Below are positions 30,300-39,926 of a DNA stretch of 64,000 nucleotides, piece by piece. Origin of the DNA: Thermoanaerobaculia bacterium (GTDB taxonomy: Bacteria; Acidobacteriota; Thermoanaerobaculia; Multivoradales; Multivoraceae); assembly GCA_022822365.1 (NCBI GenBank), contig JAJEBV010000043.1, positions 42,811-106,810 on the forward strand, given 5' to 3'. Under the pieces are notes generated by a model. It was not told the origin of the DNA and did not search any database. It saw nothing but the letters and a program-made list of their open reading frames with translations. Position numbers and translations under genes: made by a program. How positions within the stretch are numbered: the first letter of the stretch is position 1; every line of letters begins with the position of its first letter.

Positions 30300-32633
30300 A
30301 TGAAGCAAGAGAACCTCGTCATGGAGAACCGTCACCGCCGATCATTCACCATGGCGGTCGCAGTGCTGATGGTCATCGCCGCCGGCGCCGTCCTTGCCGA
30401 GGAAACGGGCTCGCAAGCCGGCTCGCCGGCGCCGCTGACGGGACCGCTGGAGCTCCCTTTCACGTTCGACGGGCCGCCGCCCCCCGTGCCGCCGGCCGTG
30501 GTGAGCCGGGACGACTCCGGCCGGGCCACCGTCCGGGCGGTGCCCCTCGCCGCGCCGCTTCGAATCGATGGCCGGCTCGACGAACCTCTCTACGACACGG
30601 TGCCCCCGATCTCCGACTTCATTCAGGTCGAACCCCAGCCGGGAGAGCCGGCCACCGACAGGACGGACGTCTGGATCACGTTCGACGAAACCACGGTCTT
30701 CGTCTCCCTCCGCTGCTGGCAGGACCCCGACCGGATCGCCGCCAACGACATGCGGCGCGACGGCTTCGCCGAGGACGACTACGTCGACATCGTTCTCGAC
30801 ACTTTCTTCGACCGGCGGAACGCCGTCATCTTCACCGTCTACGCCTCAGGCGGCCGCTTCGATGCCCAGATCACCGACGAACGCGAGATGAACGTCGACT
30901 GGAATCCGGTCTGGGATCTCCGGACGGGCAGGTTCGAGGGCGGCTGGACGGCGGAAGCCGAGATCCCGTTCCGATCGCTCCGGTATCGCCCCGGCAGCTC
31001 GCAGATCTGGGGCATCAATCTGCAGCGCTACACGCAGTGGAAGAACGAGAGTTCGACTCTGAACCGGATCCCGGAAGCGCGGAGCACGATGGGCATCATG
31101 CAGATGTCGCTGGCGGCAACCCTGGTCGGTCTCGAATCCCCACCGGCCTCGAGGAACCTGGAGTTCAAGCCCTACCTGGTCGCCGACATGGTCACCGACC
31201 GGCTGGCGACCCCGGAGATCTCGGACGAGGTCGACGCCGATCTCGGCATCGACATCAAGTACGGCGTCAGCCAGAACCTCACCGCCGATTTCACCTACAA
31301 CACCGACTTCGCCCAGGTAGAGAACGACCAGCAGCAGGTCGACCTGACCCGCTTCAGCCTCTTCTTCCCCGAGAAGCGCGACTTCTTCCTCGAGAACCAG
31401 GGAACCTTCGGCTTCGGGGGGCGCCGGGCAGGTGGATTCGGAGGGAGTGGCGACACGCCGGCGCTCTTCTACAGCCGGCGGATCGGCCTGCACAGGGGCC
31501 GGGCGGTACCCATCGAGGCCGGCGCCCGCCTGACCGGACGAACGGGCCGCTACACACTCGGCCTGCTGAACATCCAGTCGGACGACGAACCGCTGTCCGG
31601 CGCCATCGCGACGAACTTCGGCGTGATGCGAGTCAAGCGGGACATCCTGCGCCGGAGCAGCGTCGGCGTCATCTACACGCGGCGCTCGATCGATCAGACC
31701 GGCACGGGACGCAACGAGGCCTACGGCGTCGACGGGACCTTCGCCTTCTTCGACAACCTGACGTTCAACACCTACTGGGCCGAAACGAGCACACCCGGAC
31801 TCACCGACGACGACGCCAGCTACCGCCTGCGGATGGACTACAACGGCGACCGCTACGGCGTCCGCCTGGAACGCCTGCGGGTCGGCGGCAACTTCAATCC
31901 CGGCATCGGATTCGTCCGCCGCCCGGACATGCGCAGTTCCTACGGCGAGTTCCGGTTCAGCCCGCGGCCGGCCGGAAGCAGGCTGGTGCGCAAGTACTCG
32001 TGGACCGGGTCGATGTCCTATATCGAGAACGGCGCCGGTCTGGTCGAAACGCGGGAGGCCGAGGCCGAGTTCGGCATCGAGTTCCACAGCGGGGATGAGC
32101 TCGAACTGACGTACGTGCAGGCCTACGAGTTCCTGCCGTTTCCATTCCCCATCGCCTCGGACATCACGCTCGGCGTCGGCGGTTACGACTTCGACTACGT
32201 CCAGGTCCAGTTGCAACTGGGCCAGCAGCGGCGGATCTCGGGCGGATTCTTCCTCGAGGTCGGCGACTTCTACAGCGGCCGCAAGACGTCCCTCGGCTGG
32301 GGCTGGGGGCGGGTGAGCCTGAGCCCGAAGTTACTCCTCGAGCCGGGCATCTCGTTCAACCGCGTCGAGCTGCCGGCAGGCGAGTTCGACGTGGAACTCG
32401 TCGACCTGCGGGCGATCTACACGATGACCCCACGGATGTTCGTGAGCGCACTCTTCCAGTACGACTCCGAGAGCCGCGGACTGGCGGCGAACGTGCGGCT
32501 GCGCTGGGAGTACCAACCGGGCAGCGAGCTGTTCGTCGTCTACAACGAACAGCGCGACACATTGACGCAGGGCTTTCCGGGGCTCAACAACCGGGCCCTG
32601 ATCGTCAAGGTCACGCGGCTGTTCCGATTGTAA
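30300..32633 (+). CDS. CBM9-like + DUF5916 outer-membrane protein
   Basis: Signal peptide, IDGRLDEP, WTAEAEIPFRSLRY, NTDFAQVE, RFSLFFPEKRDFFLE, LFYSRRIG and a beta-barrel-like C-terminus. Confidence 0.85.
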   Translation: MKQENLVMENRHRRSFTMAVAVLMVIAAGAVLAEETGSQAGSPAPLTGPLELPFTFDGPPPPVPPAVVSRDDSGRATVRAVPLAAPLRIDGRLDEPLYDTVPPISDFIQVEPQPGEPATDRTDVWITFDETTVFVSLRCWQDPDRIAANDMRRDGFAEDDYVDIVLDTFFDRRNAVIFTVYASGGRFDAQITDEREMNVDWNPVWDLRTGRFEGGWTAEAEIPFRSLRYRPGSSQIWGINLQRYTQWKNESSTLNRIPEARSTMGIMQMSLAATLVGLESPPASRNLEFKPYLVADMVTDRLATPEISDEVDADLGIDIKYGVSQNLTADFTYNTDFAQVENDQQQVDLTRFSLFFPEKRDFFLENQGTFGFGGRRAGGFGGSGDTPALFYSRRIGLHRGRAVPIEAGARLTGRTGRYTLGLLNIQSDDEPLSGAIATNFGVMRVKRDILRRSSVGVIYTRRSIDQTGTGRNEAYGVDGTFAFFDNLTFNTYWAETSTPGLTDDDASYRLRMDYNGDRYGVRLERLRVGGNFNPGIGFVRRPDMRSSYGEFRFSPRPAGSRLVRKYSWTGSMSYIENGAGLVETREAEAEFGIEFHSGDELELTYVQAYEFLPFPFPIASDITLGVGGYDFDYVQVQLQLGQQRRISGGFFLEVGDFYSGRKTSLGWGWGRVSLSPKLLLEPGISFNRVELPAGEFDVELVDLRAIYTMTPRMFVSALFQYDSESRGLAANVRLRWEYQPGSELFVVYNEQRDTLTQGFPGLNNRALIVKVTRLFRL

Positions 32634-32658
32634 CTACGGGCTCGCTAGCGCTACAGCG

Positions 32659-33564
32659 CTAGCCGAGACGCGCCACGATGCGCAAGATCGCCTCCAGAAT
32701 CTCGGTTGCCGCATCCTCATCCAGGCCCCTCCCCAGAAAATCACTGCGTAGCCGTTCATGGATCATCAGAGGATCTCGCGCTTCGGCGTGCAGACGAAAG
32801 AACAAGATCCAGTCGCGAGCGGGAATACCGGCGACTTGACGCCCCTGGAGTTCCTCCACGTAACCGTCCATCAGTCCTGAGATACGGGCGATACGACCGA
32901 AGTTGCCGCCCCCATCTCTGATCGGGCGATCGCTGATCCTGTCTTTGGGAGATGGATAGGGCGTGACCGCGTCGTCCGGCCCGTCGACCCCTCGCTGATC
33001 CGGCGGATCCTGCGTGGCCCTGCCGTTCTCCCACCACCAATTGCGGTACTCCGCCACGTATCCCGCTTGCTCGATGTACGGGTCGAGCACGACGGGCTCG
33101 CCAGACAGGACGTTCTTCAGACGCCATGGAACCACGACGAGGAGATCCTGCGGCGCACAGGCCGCTGGCGTGACCTTGTAACGGAAGCTAGGTTCGCCTT
33201 CCTTCGAGAACAGATACCAGCCCTTCAGTTCGATGCCGAGCGCTACCTCCGTCTCACCGTCCTCGCTGCGGGCCAACAACCGAACGTCGGGGAACGTCTG
33301 GGCGAAACGCTCGAACCGGAACGTCGACCAACGCCCCTCCGGATCCCAAACGTCCCGCATGCGATTGAGGCTCTCGACCAACTGGACTTCGATCGTGCCG
33401 CCCAGCGCCGTGTTGAGGCTGAAGAGGTCTCCGGCGTCCATCCCCTCAAGGACGGTCGCCGAACGAAAGTGGGCCGGCAACGACCGAATCGCTTCCTTGA
33501 CCGTTCCGACGAGAGCGGTGAGCGCGCTGCCTTTCGGAAGAGGCCGCCGTTCCGGGCGTTTCAC
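32659..33564 (-). CDS. Putative PD-(D/E)xK endonuclease (type II restriction-like)
   Basis: FPDVRL...GIELKGW motif, directly downstream of a DNA MTase. Start uncertain; GTG 33564 chosen to avoid overlap. Confidence 0.6.
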   Translation of the reverse strand: MKRPERRPLPKGSALTALVGTVKEAIRSLPAHFRSATVLEGMDAGDLFSLNTALGGTIEVQLVESLNRMRDVWDPEGRWSTFRFERFAQTFPDVRLLARSEDGETEVALGIELKGWYLFSKEGEPSFRYKVTPAACAPQDLLVVVPWRLKNVLSGEPVVLDPYIEQAGYVAEYRNWWWENGRATQDPPDQRGVDGPDDAVTPYPSPKDRISDRPIRDGGGNFGRIARISGLMDGYVEELQGRQVAGIPARDWILFFRLHAEARDPLMIHERLRSDFLGRGLDEDAATEILEAILRIVARLG

Positions 33565-33577
33565 CGACTTCAACCAA

Positions 33578-34648
33578 TCAGGTGGGCAGGGGAATCTGAT
33601 TCGCGACGCCGGCCAAGCGCTCACGCGAGAGATTCGCGAAGTGTGGGTCGGGCTCGGCGGCGAATGCCCGCCTGCCAAGCTCCATGGCCGCGACCGACGC
33701 CGAGCATAGACCGCCGAACGGCTCCCACACCACGTCGCCACCGTTCGTGGCCGCCTGGAGAATCCGTCGCATGAACTCCAGCGGCTTCTGATTCAGATGA
33801 GCCGTAGCGTTCCGACCGGGGTTGTGGACTCTGGGCGCCACCCGACGACCCCCTCCCCTATAGCGCTCCGCTCCGTTCAGGGGAGGATGCGACCAAACGT
33901 TCGTCAGGCCATGCTGGTGCTTCCAAGGATGGCGAAGCCGCTCCCACTGTGACTCCGTTACGGGTCGCCGGCCGTCAATGGCGTAGTAGGGACGACCCGC
34001 AGGATCCCCGTGCTCGTTCGCGTACGCAACGAGGCGAGCCATCATCTCCGCGGGCGGGAAGTACCACAGCCAGTCCTGGGTCAGGTACTTGCGCGTCGCG
34101 GCGTTCTTGACGCCGCAGGCTTCGTTCGCTCGATAGAGGGGTAGCCCCGCCCGTTGCCACTCCGACCGCAGCCAGCGAGAAGCAGCGAGAGGCCCGTCAG
34201 GTCCAGGTAGTTCGAGCCGCCGACGGTAAAACACGCAGACCTCGGTGACGGTGGGAAGCCGACGGATCGTGACGCCGTTCACGTTCCCCGCGATATGGCC
34301 GATCCCTTTGTCCCAGATGATCGTCTGCACGTACTCCCACCCCTTGGCCGCCAGAACCGGATGGACCGTGGCCCAGCCAATCTCCGTGTTCCAGAACCAG
34401 AGCGTCGTGGCCGGGTGCGCGCAACGCGACCAGGCCGAAACATGCGACGCGTACCATTCGTCGAGACGAGCCGGCGTCCGTGGATCGCCAGGGAACCCAC
34501 CCACGCCATACGCGCCATCCGAGACGATGACGTCGGGCGAAGGCCACGATCCGTAGACATCCTCGGCCCGACCGTTGTGGAGCGTAGCTCTCCCCGGCGA
34601 CTGGCCGCCGACGGCCACAGGAAGACCACCAGGGTGGCGCACGTTCAC
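33578..34648 (-). CDS. Beta-class N4C/N6A DNA methyltransferase, atypical motifs
   Basis: Motif order IV (VSDGAY) - IIWDK - TNVW - HLNQKP - motif I (WEPFGGLCS) - GRRAFAAE. Confidence 0.8.
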   Translation of the reverse strand: MNVRHPGGLPVAVGGQSPGRATLHNGRAEDVYGSWPSPDVIVSDGAYGVGGFPGDPRTPARLDEWYASHVSAWSRCAHPATTLWFWNTEIGWATVHPVLAAKGWEYVQTIIWDKGIGHIAGNVNGVTIRRLPTVTEVCVFYRRRLELPGPDGPLAASRWLRSEWQRAGLPLYRANEACGVKNAATRKYLTQDWLWYFPPAEMMARLVAYANEHGDPAGRPYYAIDGRRPVTESQWERLRHPWKHQHGLTNVWSHPPLNGAERYRGGGRRVAPRVHNPGRNATAHLNQKPLEFMRRILQAATNGGDVVWEPFGGLCSASVAAMELGRRAFAAEPDPHFANLSRERLAGVANQIPLPT

Positions 34649-34933
34649 GTCGGTCGCTTCGGGAATCGCGTCTTCCTCCCTGCCGTGACCAAGGCCCGGC
34701 AGTCGCGAGGCGTCCGGCTGTAAGACTCACCGGCCGCCCACTGGGTTCTTGGCCATTGTGGCACACTCAGCGCGGCTCAAGGACTACTCCCCACGACTCA
34801 TCGAGCGAACCGCCGGGGCCAGCCACCCGCGCCCGAGGGTTTCGTCGCCGGTGCCGTGCAGACCGCCAGGAACCCGCGGTTCGCGACGCGGTTCACGCAG
34901 CGTCGTGCCGCCTGATCCAGTCGCGCAGCGCTT

Positions 34934-36589
34934 CTAACGGGACAGAAGCACAGTCACCCGATGCGGCTCGGTTGCGGTCGACGGGTGGTGCATCAGGATG
35001 TCCTGTCTTCCGTCCCGGTTGAGATCGGTGAGCCAGGTGTACTCCTCGTCCTCAGGCGCGGCGACGGCGATGCGTCGGGGCCTGCGGGCGAACACGTCGC
35101 GGCCCGGTACACCGAGATGCACGTGCAGTCTCTTCCGGTTGCGCACTACGAGCAAATCCGAGCGTCCGTCGCCGTTCAGGTCGCCCAGCCGGACCGCAGG
35201 CCAGAAGTTCCTCTGCCCCGTCTTCCTTGGCGCCCTCGGCCGGATCTCCCGCACCGCGTTGGGGCGCTCGCCGTATAGACCTTCCTCCATGCGGAAGAAC
35301 TCCAGGTCGAAGGACCCGGCCCCAGTCAGGAGTGACATCACGAGCACGCGAATGGCCGAGAAGAGCGTGGGGTGGAACGACGTCAGCATCACGTCGATCT
35401 GGCCGTCGCCGTCGAAGTCGTGCCGGTCGATACCGGCCAGGATGCCCCGCGACTCGACCACGGCGCCTGCCTCCGGCGAGAACTCCGTGCCGCCGCCGGG
35501 TGCCGAGGCACCGAAGTGCACCTCGTAGGACGACTGCATCTTCCACAGACTCGAACCCTTCAGCGAGAAGACGACCAGGTCGGCCACGCCGTCGCCGTTC
35601 AGGTCGGTCAGCGAGTCCAGAACTCTGCCCGTACTTTCGCCTTCCGGCATGTGGTCTCGCCGCCGGTTGCGAATCCCGGTCGGCGCGGCGAGCGAGGCGA
35701 TCTGGTCGGAGTCGAAGCTGATCTCGGTCGTAAAGGTCTTGGAATCCATGGAGACCAGACCGCTCTCGTCCTGCAGATGCACGACGAAGCGTTCACCGTC
35801 CCAGTACACCAGATCGCTCCGCCCATCCAAGTCGTAGTCCATTTCGTGGACGCGGCCACCCTCCTCCCAAGGCCGGTACCGGTAGCCATCGGCACCGTAG
35901 ACCCGGTCGAGTCCCGTTGTGGGCCCAATCCGTACCGGGTCGGCGAACCTCCCGCGCGGCATCTGGACCAGCACCTGGAATCCGTGGCCGTGAACCAGCA
36001 CCAAGTCGTCGCGGCTGTCGGCGTTCAGGTCACGCGTCATGTCCACGTGGAGAACCTCTTCTCTGTCGGATTCACGGAAGTCGGACGGTACGGCTGCCAG
36101 GTCGTGCTCGGTCGCCGACTCCGGATCAAACCAGGTCAGCCGGCCGCCACCGTAGACGATCAAGCGCTCCCGTCCATCGATGCGGGCTACGTCGACGAGG
36201 GCCGCTTCGGGGCGCAGCGTCGCCTCAGCCACGGGCTCCCATTCGCCGTTCGCGAAGCCAAAGATGCGCAGGCGGCGGTTTCCTTCCGCGTCGACATGGA
36301 TCGCGGCGAGGTCCACGACCGGTCCTCCGGTGAGCAAGCCCGTCAGAACGGTCAGACGTTCCGCCACGCCTACCACGACCTCGTAACGCACGGGAGCGAA
36401 CGCCGTCGACGGATCGGCCCCGGAGTGGGCGGCAACGGGCAACAGGCCACCGGACAGACAGACCCGCATCGCCAGCATCGCAATCCGGGTCGAGCGGCGA
36501 CGTTCCCCGCATCCGGGACCACGTGATTCCGCGTTCGCTTTCGCGCGGATCCTTCCCCGCCTCCCGCGGCCATTCGTTCGTCTCTTCAC
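34934..36589 (-). CDS. FG-GAP/VCBS-repeat protein (paralog A)
   Basis: Multiple DLNxDGxxDL repeats, AGGAG RBS and a signal-like N-terminus. Clearly paralogous to 37309-38940. Confidence 0.85.
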   Translation of the reverse strand: MKRRTNGRGRRGRIRAKANAESRGPGCGERRRSTRIAMLAMRVCLSGGLLPVAAHSGADPSTAFAPVRYEVVVGVAERLTVLTGLLTGGPVVDLAAIHVDAEGNRRLRIFGFANGEWEPVAEATLRPEAALVDVARIDGRERLIVYGGGRLTWFDPESATEHDLAAVPSDFRESDREEVLHVDMTRDLNADSRDDLVLVHGHGFQVLVQMPRGRFADPVRIGPTTGLDRVYGADGYRYRPWEEGGRVHEMDYDLDGRSDLVYWDGERFVVHLQDESGLVSMDSKTFTTEISFDSDQIASLAAPTGIRNRRRDHMPEGESTGRVLDSLTDLNGDGVADLVVFSLKGSSLWKMQSSYEVHFGASAPGGGTEFSPEAGAVVESRGILAGIDRHDFDGDGQIDVMLTSFHPTLFSAIRVLVMSLLTGAGSFDLEFFRMEEGLYGERPNAVREIRPRAPRKTGQRNFWPAVRLGDLNGDGRSDLLVVRNRKRLHVHLGVPGRDVFARRPRRIAVAAPEDEEYTWLTDLNRDGRQDILMHHPSTATEPHRVTVLLSR

Positions 36590-36614
36590 TGTCTTCTCCT
36601 CCCTTTCGAGGTCA

Positions 36615-36673
36615 TGTTGACCCAGTCAACATACATGCTGTTGTTGACGCCGTCAACACTCAGCACTCATAAT
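36615..36673. promoter_or_regulatory. Two GTTGAC-N3-GTCAAC operators overlapping divergent sigma70-type promoters
   Basis: Palindromes at 36616-36630 and 36643-36657. Minus strand TTGACG-N17-TATGTT; plus strand TTGACG-N18-CATAAT ending 5 nt before the tetR GTG. Confidence 0.8.
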
Positions 36674-36678
36674 CGCTC

Positions 36679-37293
36679 GTGGCCGAGCGAGCGCGCACCT
36701 ATCACCACGGCGACCTCCGGGCGGCACTGGTTGAGGAAGCCGCCACCATGATCTCCGAAGGCGGCGCCGCCAGCGTGACGATGAGGGCGATCGGCAGCCG
36801 CCTCGGCGTATCGCGGGCCGCGCCCTACCGCCACTTCCCCGATAGGGCCGCTCTCCTCGTCGCCGTCGCAGTCGCGGGATTCGAGCGTCTCAACCGGCGC
36901 CTGGGGTCCGGCGACACCGGAGCCTCTTCAACCAGCGTTGAGCGACTCCGGCGCATGGGCGAGCAGTACGTGCGCTTCGCCCTGGAGCATCCGGCCCACT
37001 ATCGCCTGATGTACGGCAAGGAGGCCCTTGAGCGCCAGGATCAACCGGAACTGCGAACGGCAGCCGGATCTCTGCTCGAGAACCTGGTCGATGTGATTCG
37101 GGTCCACCAGGAGAGCGGCGAGATCGAGACAGCGGATCCGCGGGCACAGGCCTACGTCGCATGGAGCGCGGTCCACGGCCTGGCGTCGCTCCTGATCGAG
37201 AGGCAGATCGACCCGAACGTCGACGTGGACGACCTGATCCGGCAAACCACCCAGACAATCCTGGACGGTATGCGAGATCGCAGTCCGGACTAG
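36679..37293 (+). CDS. TetR/AcrR regulator (WHG-type C-terminal domain)
   Basis: YHHGDLRAAL, HTH TMRAIGSRLGVSRAAPYRHF, and WSAVHGLASL. Confidence 0.93.
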   Translation: MAERARTYHHGDLRAALVEEAATMISEGGAASVTMRAIGSRLGVSRAAPYRHFPDRAALLVAVAVAGFERLNRRLGSGDTGASSTSVERLRRMGEQYVRFALEHPAHYRLMYGKEALERQDQPELRTAAGSLLENLVDVIRVHQESGEIETADPRAQAYVAWSAVHGLASLLIERQIDPNVDVDDLIRQTTQTILDGMRDRSPD

Positions 37294-37308
37294 AGACCTC
37301 CGGCGGGT

Positions 37309-38940
37309 TCACCGGGCGATCAGCATCGTCACCCGATGGGGCTCCGTCGTGGACGCGTGATGCAGCAGGAGGTCCTGTCTGCCGTCCTTGTTGAGATCCA
37401 CGAGCCAGGTGTACTCCTCGTCGTTGGGGATAGCGACCGCAACCCTCTGGGGCTGCCGGGCGAAGAGCTCCGGTCCCGGCACGCCGGCGAAGACGAGCAG
37501 TTGCCGATGGGTTTCCTCTATCAGCAGGTCCGAGCGGCCGTCGCCGGTCACATCCCCGATCAGCAAGGTCGTGTTGAACGCGCGCAAGTGACGCTTCTGC
37601 CTCTTCCGCTCCTGGTGCATGGCCCCTCGAAGCACGATATCCAGCGGTACCCACCCGAACTCCCTGACACTGGGGTGGCCATCCAGTTGCAGTCTGCGGA
37701 TGGCGTTGGGTTCGTCGGAATGGAGTCCCTCCTTCATGGGATAGAACTCGAGATCCAGCCAGACGTCATCGCCCATGAACCCCTTGAGCCTCTTCCAGAG
37801 ACTGCTCTCGAGGTACGCGACCTCGATCGTCGTGAACATCAGATCGAGGTCGCCGTCGTCATCGAAGTCGCGCCGGTTCATCCCGAGCTGAATCCTGCCG
37901 TCCGACTGGAAGGCGAAGTCGACGCCCCGCGCGAACCGGGTTCCGCGGTCGGGTGCCGGCGCGCCGAGATGCACCTCGTAGGTTGAACGCTTGCGCGAGA
38001 TGCGCGCACCTTCCAGCGAGAAAACCACGAGGTCCCCGACGCCGTCGCCGTTCAGGTCGGCTATCGAGTGGAGCACTCTCCCCGTCATGTCTCCGGTGGC
38101 GAGCGGGGAGAGTTCGTCAGTGGCGAACGTGACATCGGTCGTGAAGGTCTCGGCCGAGGAGAACAACCCGTCTTCATCCTGGAGATGAACCTCGAAGTGG
38201 TCCTCGTTCCAGAACACCAGGTCGCGGCGTCCGTCCAGGTCGTAGTCCATTTCGTGGACACGGCTTTCATCCCAGGGGTCGTACCGGTATCCGTCGGCTC
38301 CGTAGATCCTGCTCAAGTCAGTCGACCGGCCGATCTTCACCGGATCCGCGAACTCGCCGGCGGTCGTCTGGACGAACACCCGGAAGCCATCGACGCTCGG
38401 TACGACCAGGTCGTCGCGGCCGTCGCCGTTCACGTCCCGACTGACGTCGACGTGGGGGATCTCACCGTCCCGAGGCGGGTTGAAGCTGGCGGTGACCGCG
38501 ACCAGCGGGCGTTCTGTCGCCGACTCGGGATCGAACCAGTTCAGGCGACCGGGATCGTAGGTGACCAGCCGGTCCCGTCCGCCGATGGCGGCCACGTCAA
38601 CGAAGGAAGTTCCGGGCCGTAGCGCGGTTTCGATTTCCGGCACCCATTCACCGCCCCTGAACGTGAGGATCCGCAGGCGCCGGTCATCGTTCTCATCGCT
38701 GTCCACGACCGCGAGGTCCGCCATCCAGCTTCCCAAGAGGAAGCCCGTCAGGACGGTCTGGCGCTCGCGGGCGCCGGTGACCACGTCGTACCGCTCGAAG
38801 GCGAACCGCTCCGCCGGCTGGGCGCCGGGAAGCGTGGCGGCAGGTCCGACGCATCCGTACAGGCACACCCTGAGCGTGAGTATGGCGAATCGGCCTCGCC
38901 GATGGTGCCTGGCTCGGCCCCGCGTCGATCGCTTTCTCAT
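37309..38940 (-). CDS. FG-GAP/VCBS-repeat protein (paralog B)
   Basis: DVNGDGRDDL-type repeats. Shares YGADGYRY.PW and EEYTWL.DLN.DGRQD with paralog A. ATG 38940 follows GGAGG. Confidence 0.85.
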   Translation of the reverse strand: MRKRSTRGRARHHRRGRFAILTLRVCLYGCVGPAATLPGAQPAERFAFERYDVVTGARERQTVLTGFLLGSWMADLAVVDSDENDDRRLRILTFRGGEWVPEIETALRPGTSFVDVAAIGGRDRLVTYDPGRLNWFDPESATERPLVAVTASFNPPRDGEIPHVDVSRDVNGDGRDDLVVPSVDGFRVFVQTTAGEFADPVKIGRSTDLSRIYGADGYRYDPWDESRVHEMDYDLDGRRDLVFWNEDHFEVHLQDEDGLFSSAETFTTDVTFATDELSPLATGDMTGRVLHSIADLNGDGVGDLVVFSLEGARISRKRSTYEVHLGAPAPDRGTRFARGVDFAFQSDGRIQLGMNRRDFDDDGDLDLMFTTIEVAYLESSLWKRLKGFMGDDVWLDLEFYPMKEGLHSDEPNAIRRLQLDGHPSVREFGWVPLDIVLRGAMHQERKRQKRHLRAFNTTLLIGDVTGDGRSDLLIEETHRQLLVFAGVPGPELFARQPQRVAVAIPNDEEYTWLVDLNKDGRQDLLLHHASTTEPHRVTMLIAR

Positions 38941-38964
38941 GGCTCTCTCTCCCTCCAACCAGAA

Positions 38965-39007
38965 GTTGACTGCGTCAACATACACAGCCTTGTTGACATT
39001 GTCAACA
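38965..39007 (-). promoter_or_regulatory. Two GTTGAC-N3-GTCAAC operators overlapping a TTGACA-N17-TATGTT promoter
   Basis: Palindromes at 38965-38979 and 38992-39006, with the same 27-bp period as the pair at 36616/36643. Confidence 0.8.
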
Positions 39008-39033
39008 AGCTCTCGGTGAGGGTGGCTAGGGGA

Positions 39034-39816
39034 TCAGCCCCACTCCGCCCGCCACACCTCCTGGTTGTCCGCCCGGAGCCGCCTCGCCCGGCGAGCATTG
39101 GGAGTCCGGAGTTCGACCTTCACCCGACGCGCGATCGCCCGGGCGACATCCTCCTGAATCTGGATCTCGGAGATCGTGCCGAGGACCCGGTCGTAGTGGC
39201 GGGACCAGAGATGGATGCCGTCAGCGACCCGGATGAGCTGAACCGAGATCCGCACCCGGTCGCCCGACCTTCGCGCGCTGCCTTCGAGGATCGCCGCCAC
39301 GCCCAGCTTCCGGCCGAACCGCGGTGCGCTCAGGCGGGCCAGCCCTCGGTCGAACGAGGAGGTCCGGGACACGACCCGAAGTCCATCGACCCGCACCAGC
39401 GCCTCGACCACCTCCTCCACCAACCCCTCGCAGAAGAAGTCCTGTTCCGGATCGGGCGTCATGTTGGCGAAGGGCCGCACCGCGATCGATCCCCCGACCG
39501 GCGTCCTGACCGGGGCCGTGAAGCGGTAGCCGCGGCCGGGAACCGTGACGACGTACTGCGTCTCCCCATCCTGGCCCAGGATCTTCCGCAGCACGGACAG
39601 GTTGTGCGTGAGGTTGCTGTCGGCGACGTTGGTATCGGGCCACACCATCGCCATCAACTCGTCCTTGTGGACCAGACGGTCGCGGTTCTCGACGAGCACC
39701 TTCAGCGTCTGGAAGATCTTTGGCCGCACTGGCACGACCCGCCCGCGGCGGAGCAACCGGCGCGCCGCGGCATCGAGAAGAAACGGCCCGAAGGCGTAGG
39801 TGGGACGCTCTGCCAC
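39034..39816 (-). CDS. Winged-helix (OmpR/CadC-type) + TolB-like domain regulator, apparently C-terminally truncated
   Basis: YAFGPFLLD, KDELMAMVWPDTNV, LRKILG, TVPGRGYRF, then SIAVRPFANM...FFCEG and HLWSRHYDR. No TPR region follows. Confidence 0.75.
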   Translation of the reverse strand: MAERPTYAFGPFLLDAAARRLLRRGRVVPVRPKIFQTLKVLVENRDRLVHKDELMAMVWPDTNVADSNLTHNLSVLRKILGQDGETQYVVTVPGRGYRFTAPVRTPVGGSIAVRPFANMTPDPEQDFFCEGLVEEVVEALVRVDGLRVVSRTSSFDRGLARLSAPRFGRKLGVAAILEGSARRSGDRVRISVQLIRVADGIHLWSRHYDRVLGTISEIQIQEDVARAIARRVKVELRTPNARRARRLRADNQEVWRAEWG

Positions 39817-39926
39817 CAGGAACCTCCGTCAAGGACCGGACGCCGGCCGTCACGCGACACGCTCAGCCGCGCCGGGATTGATTCGGATTCCTGGATCCTA
39901 GCAGCCCCTACAACCTTGTTGGAGAT

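Noticed and set aside
36615-39007. GTTGAC/GTCAAC repeats as a CRISPR array or transposon ends
   Set aside because: Only two units per site with 12-nt spacers, no cas or transposase gene, and they coincide with promoter elements, so operators explain them better.
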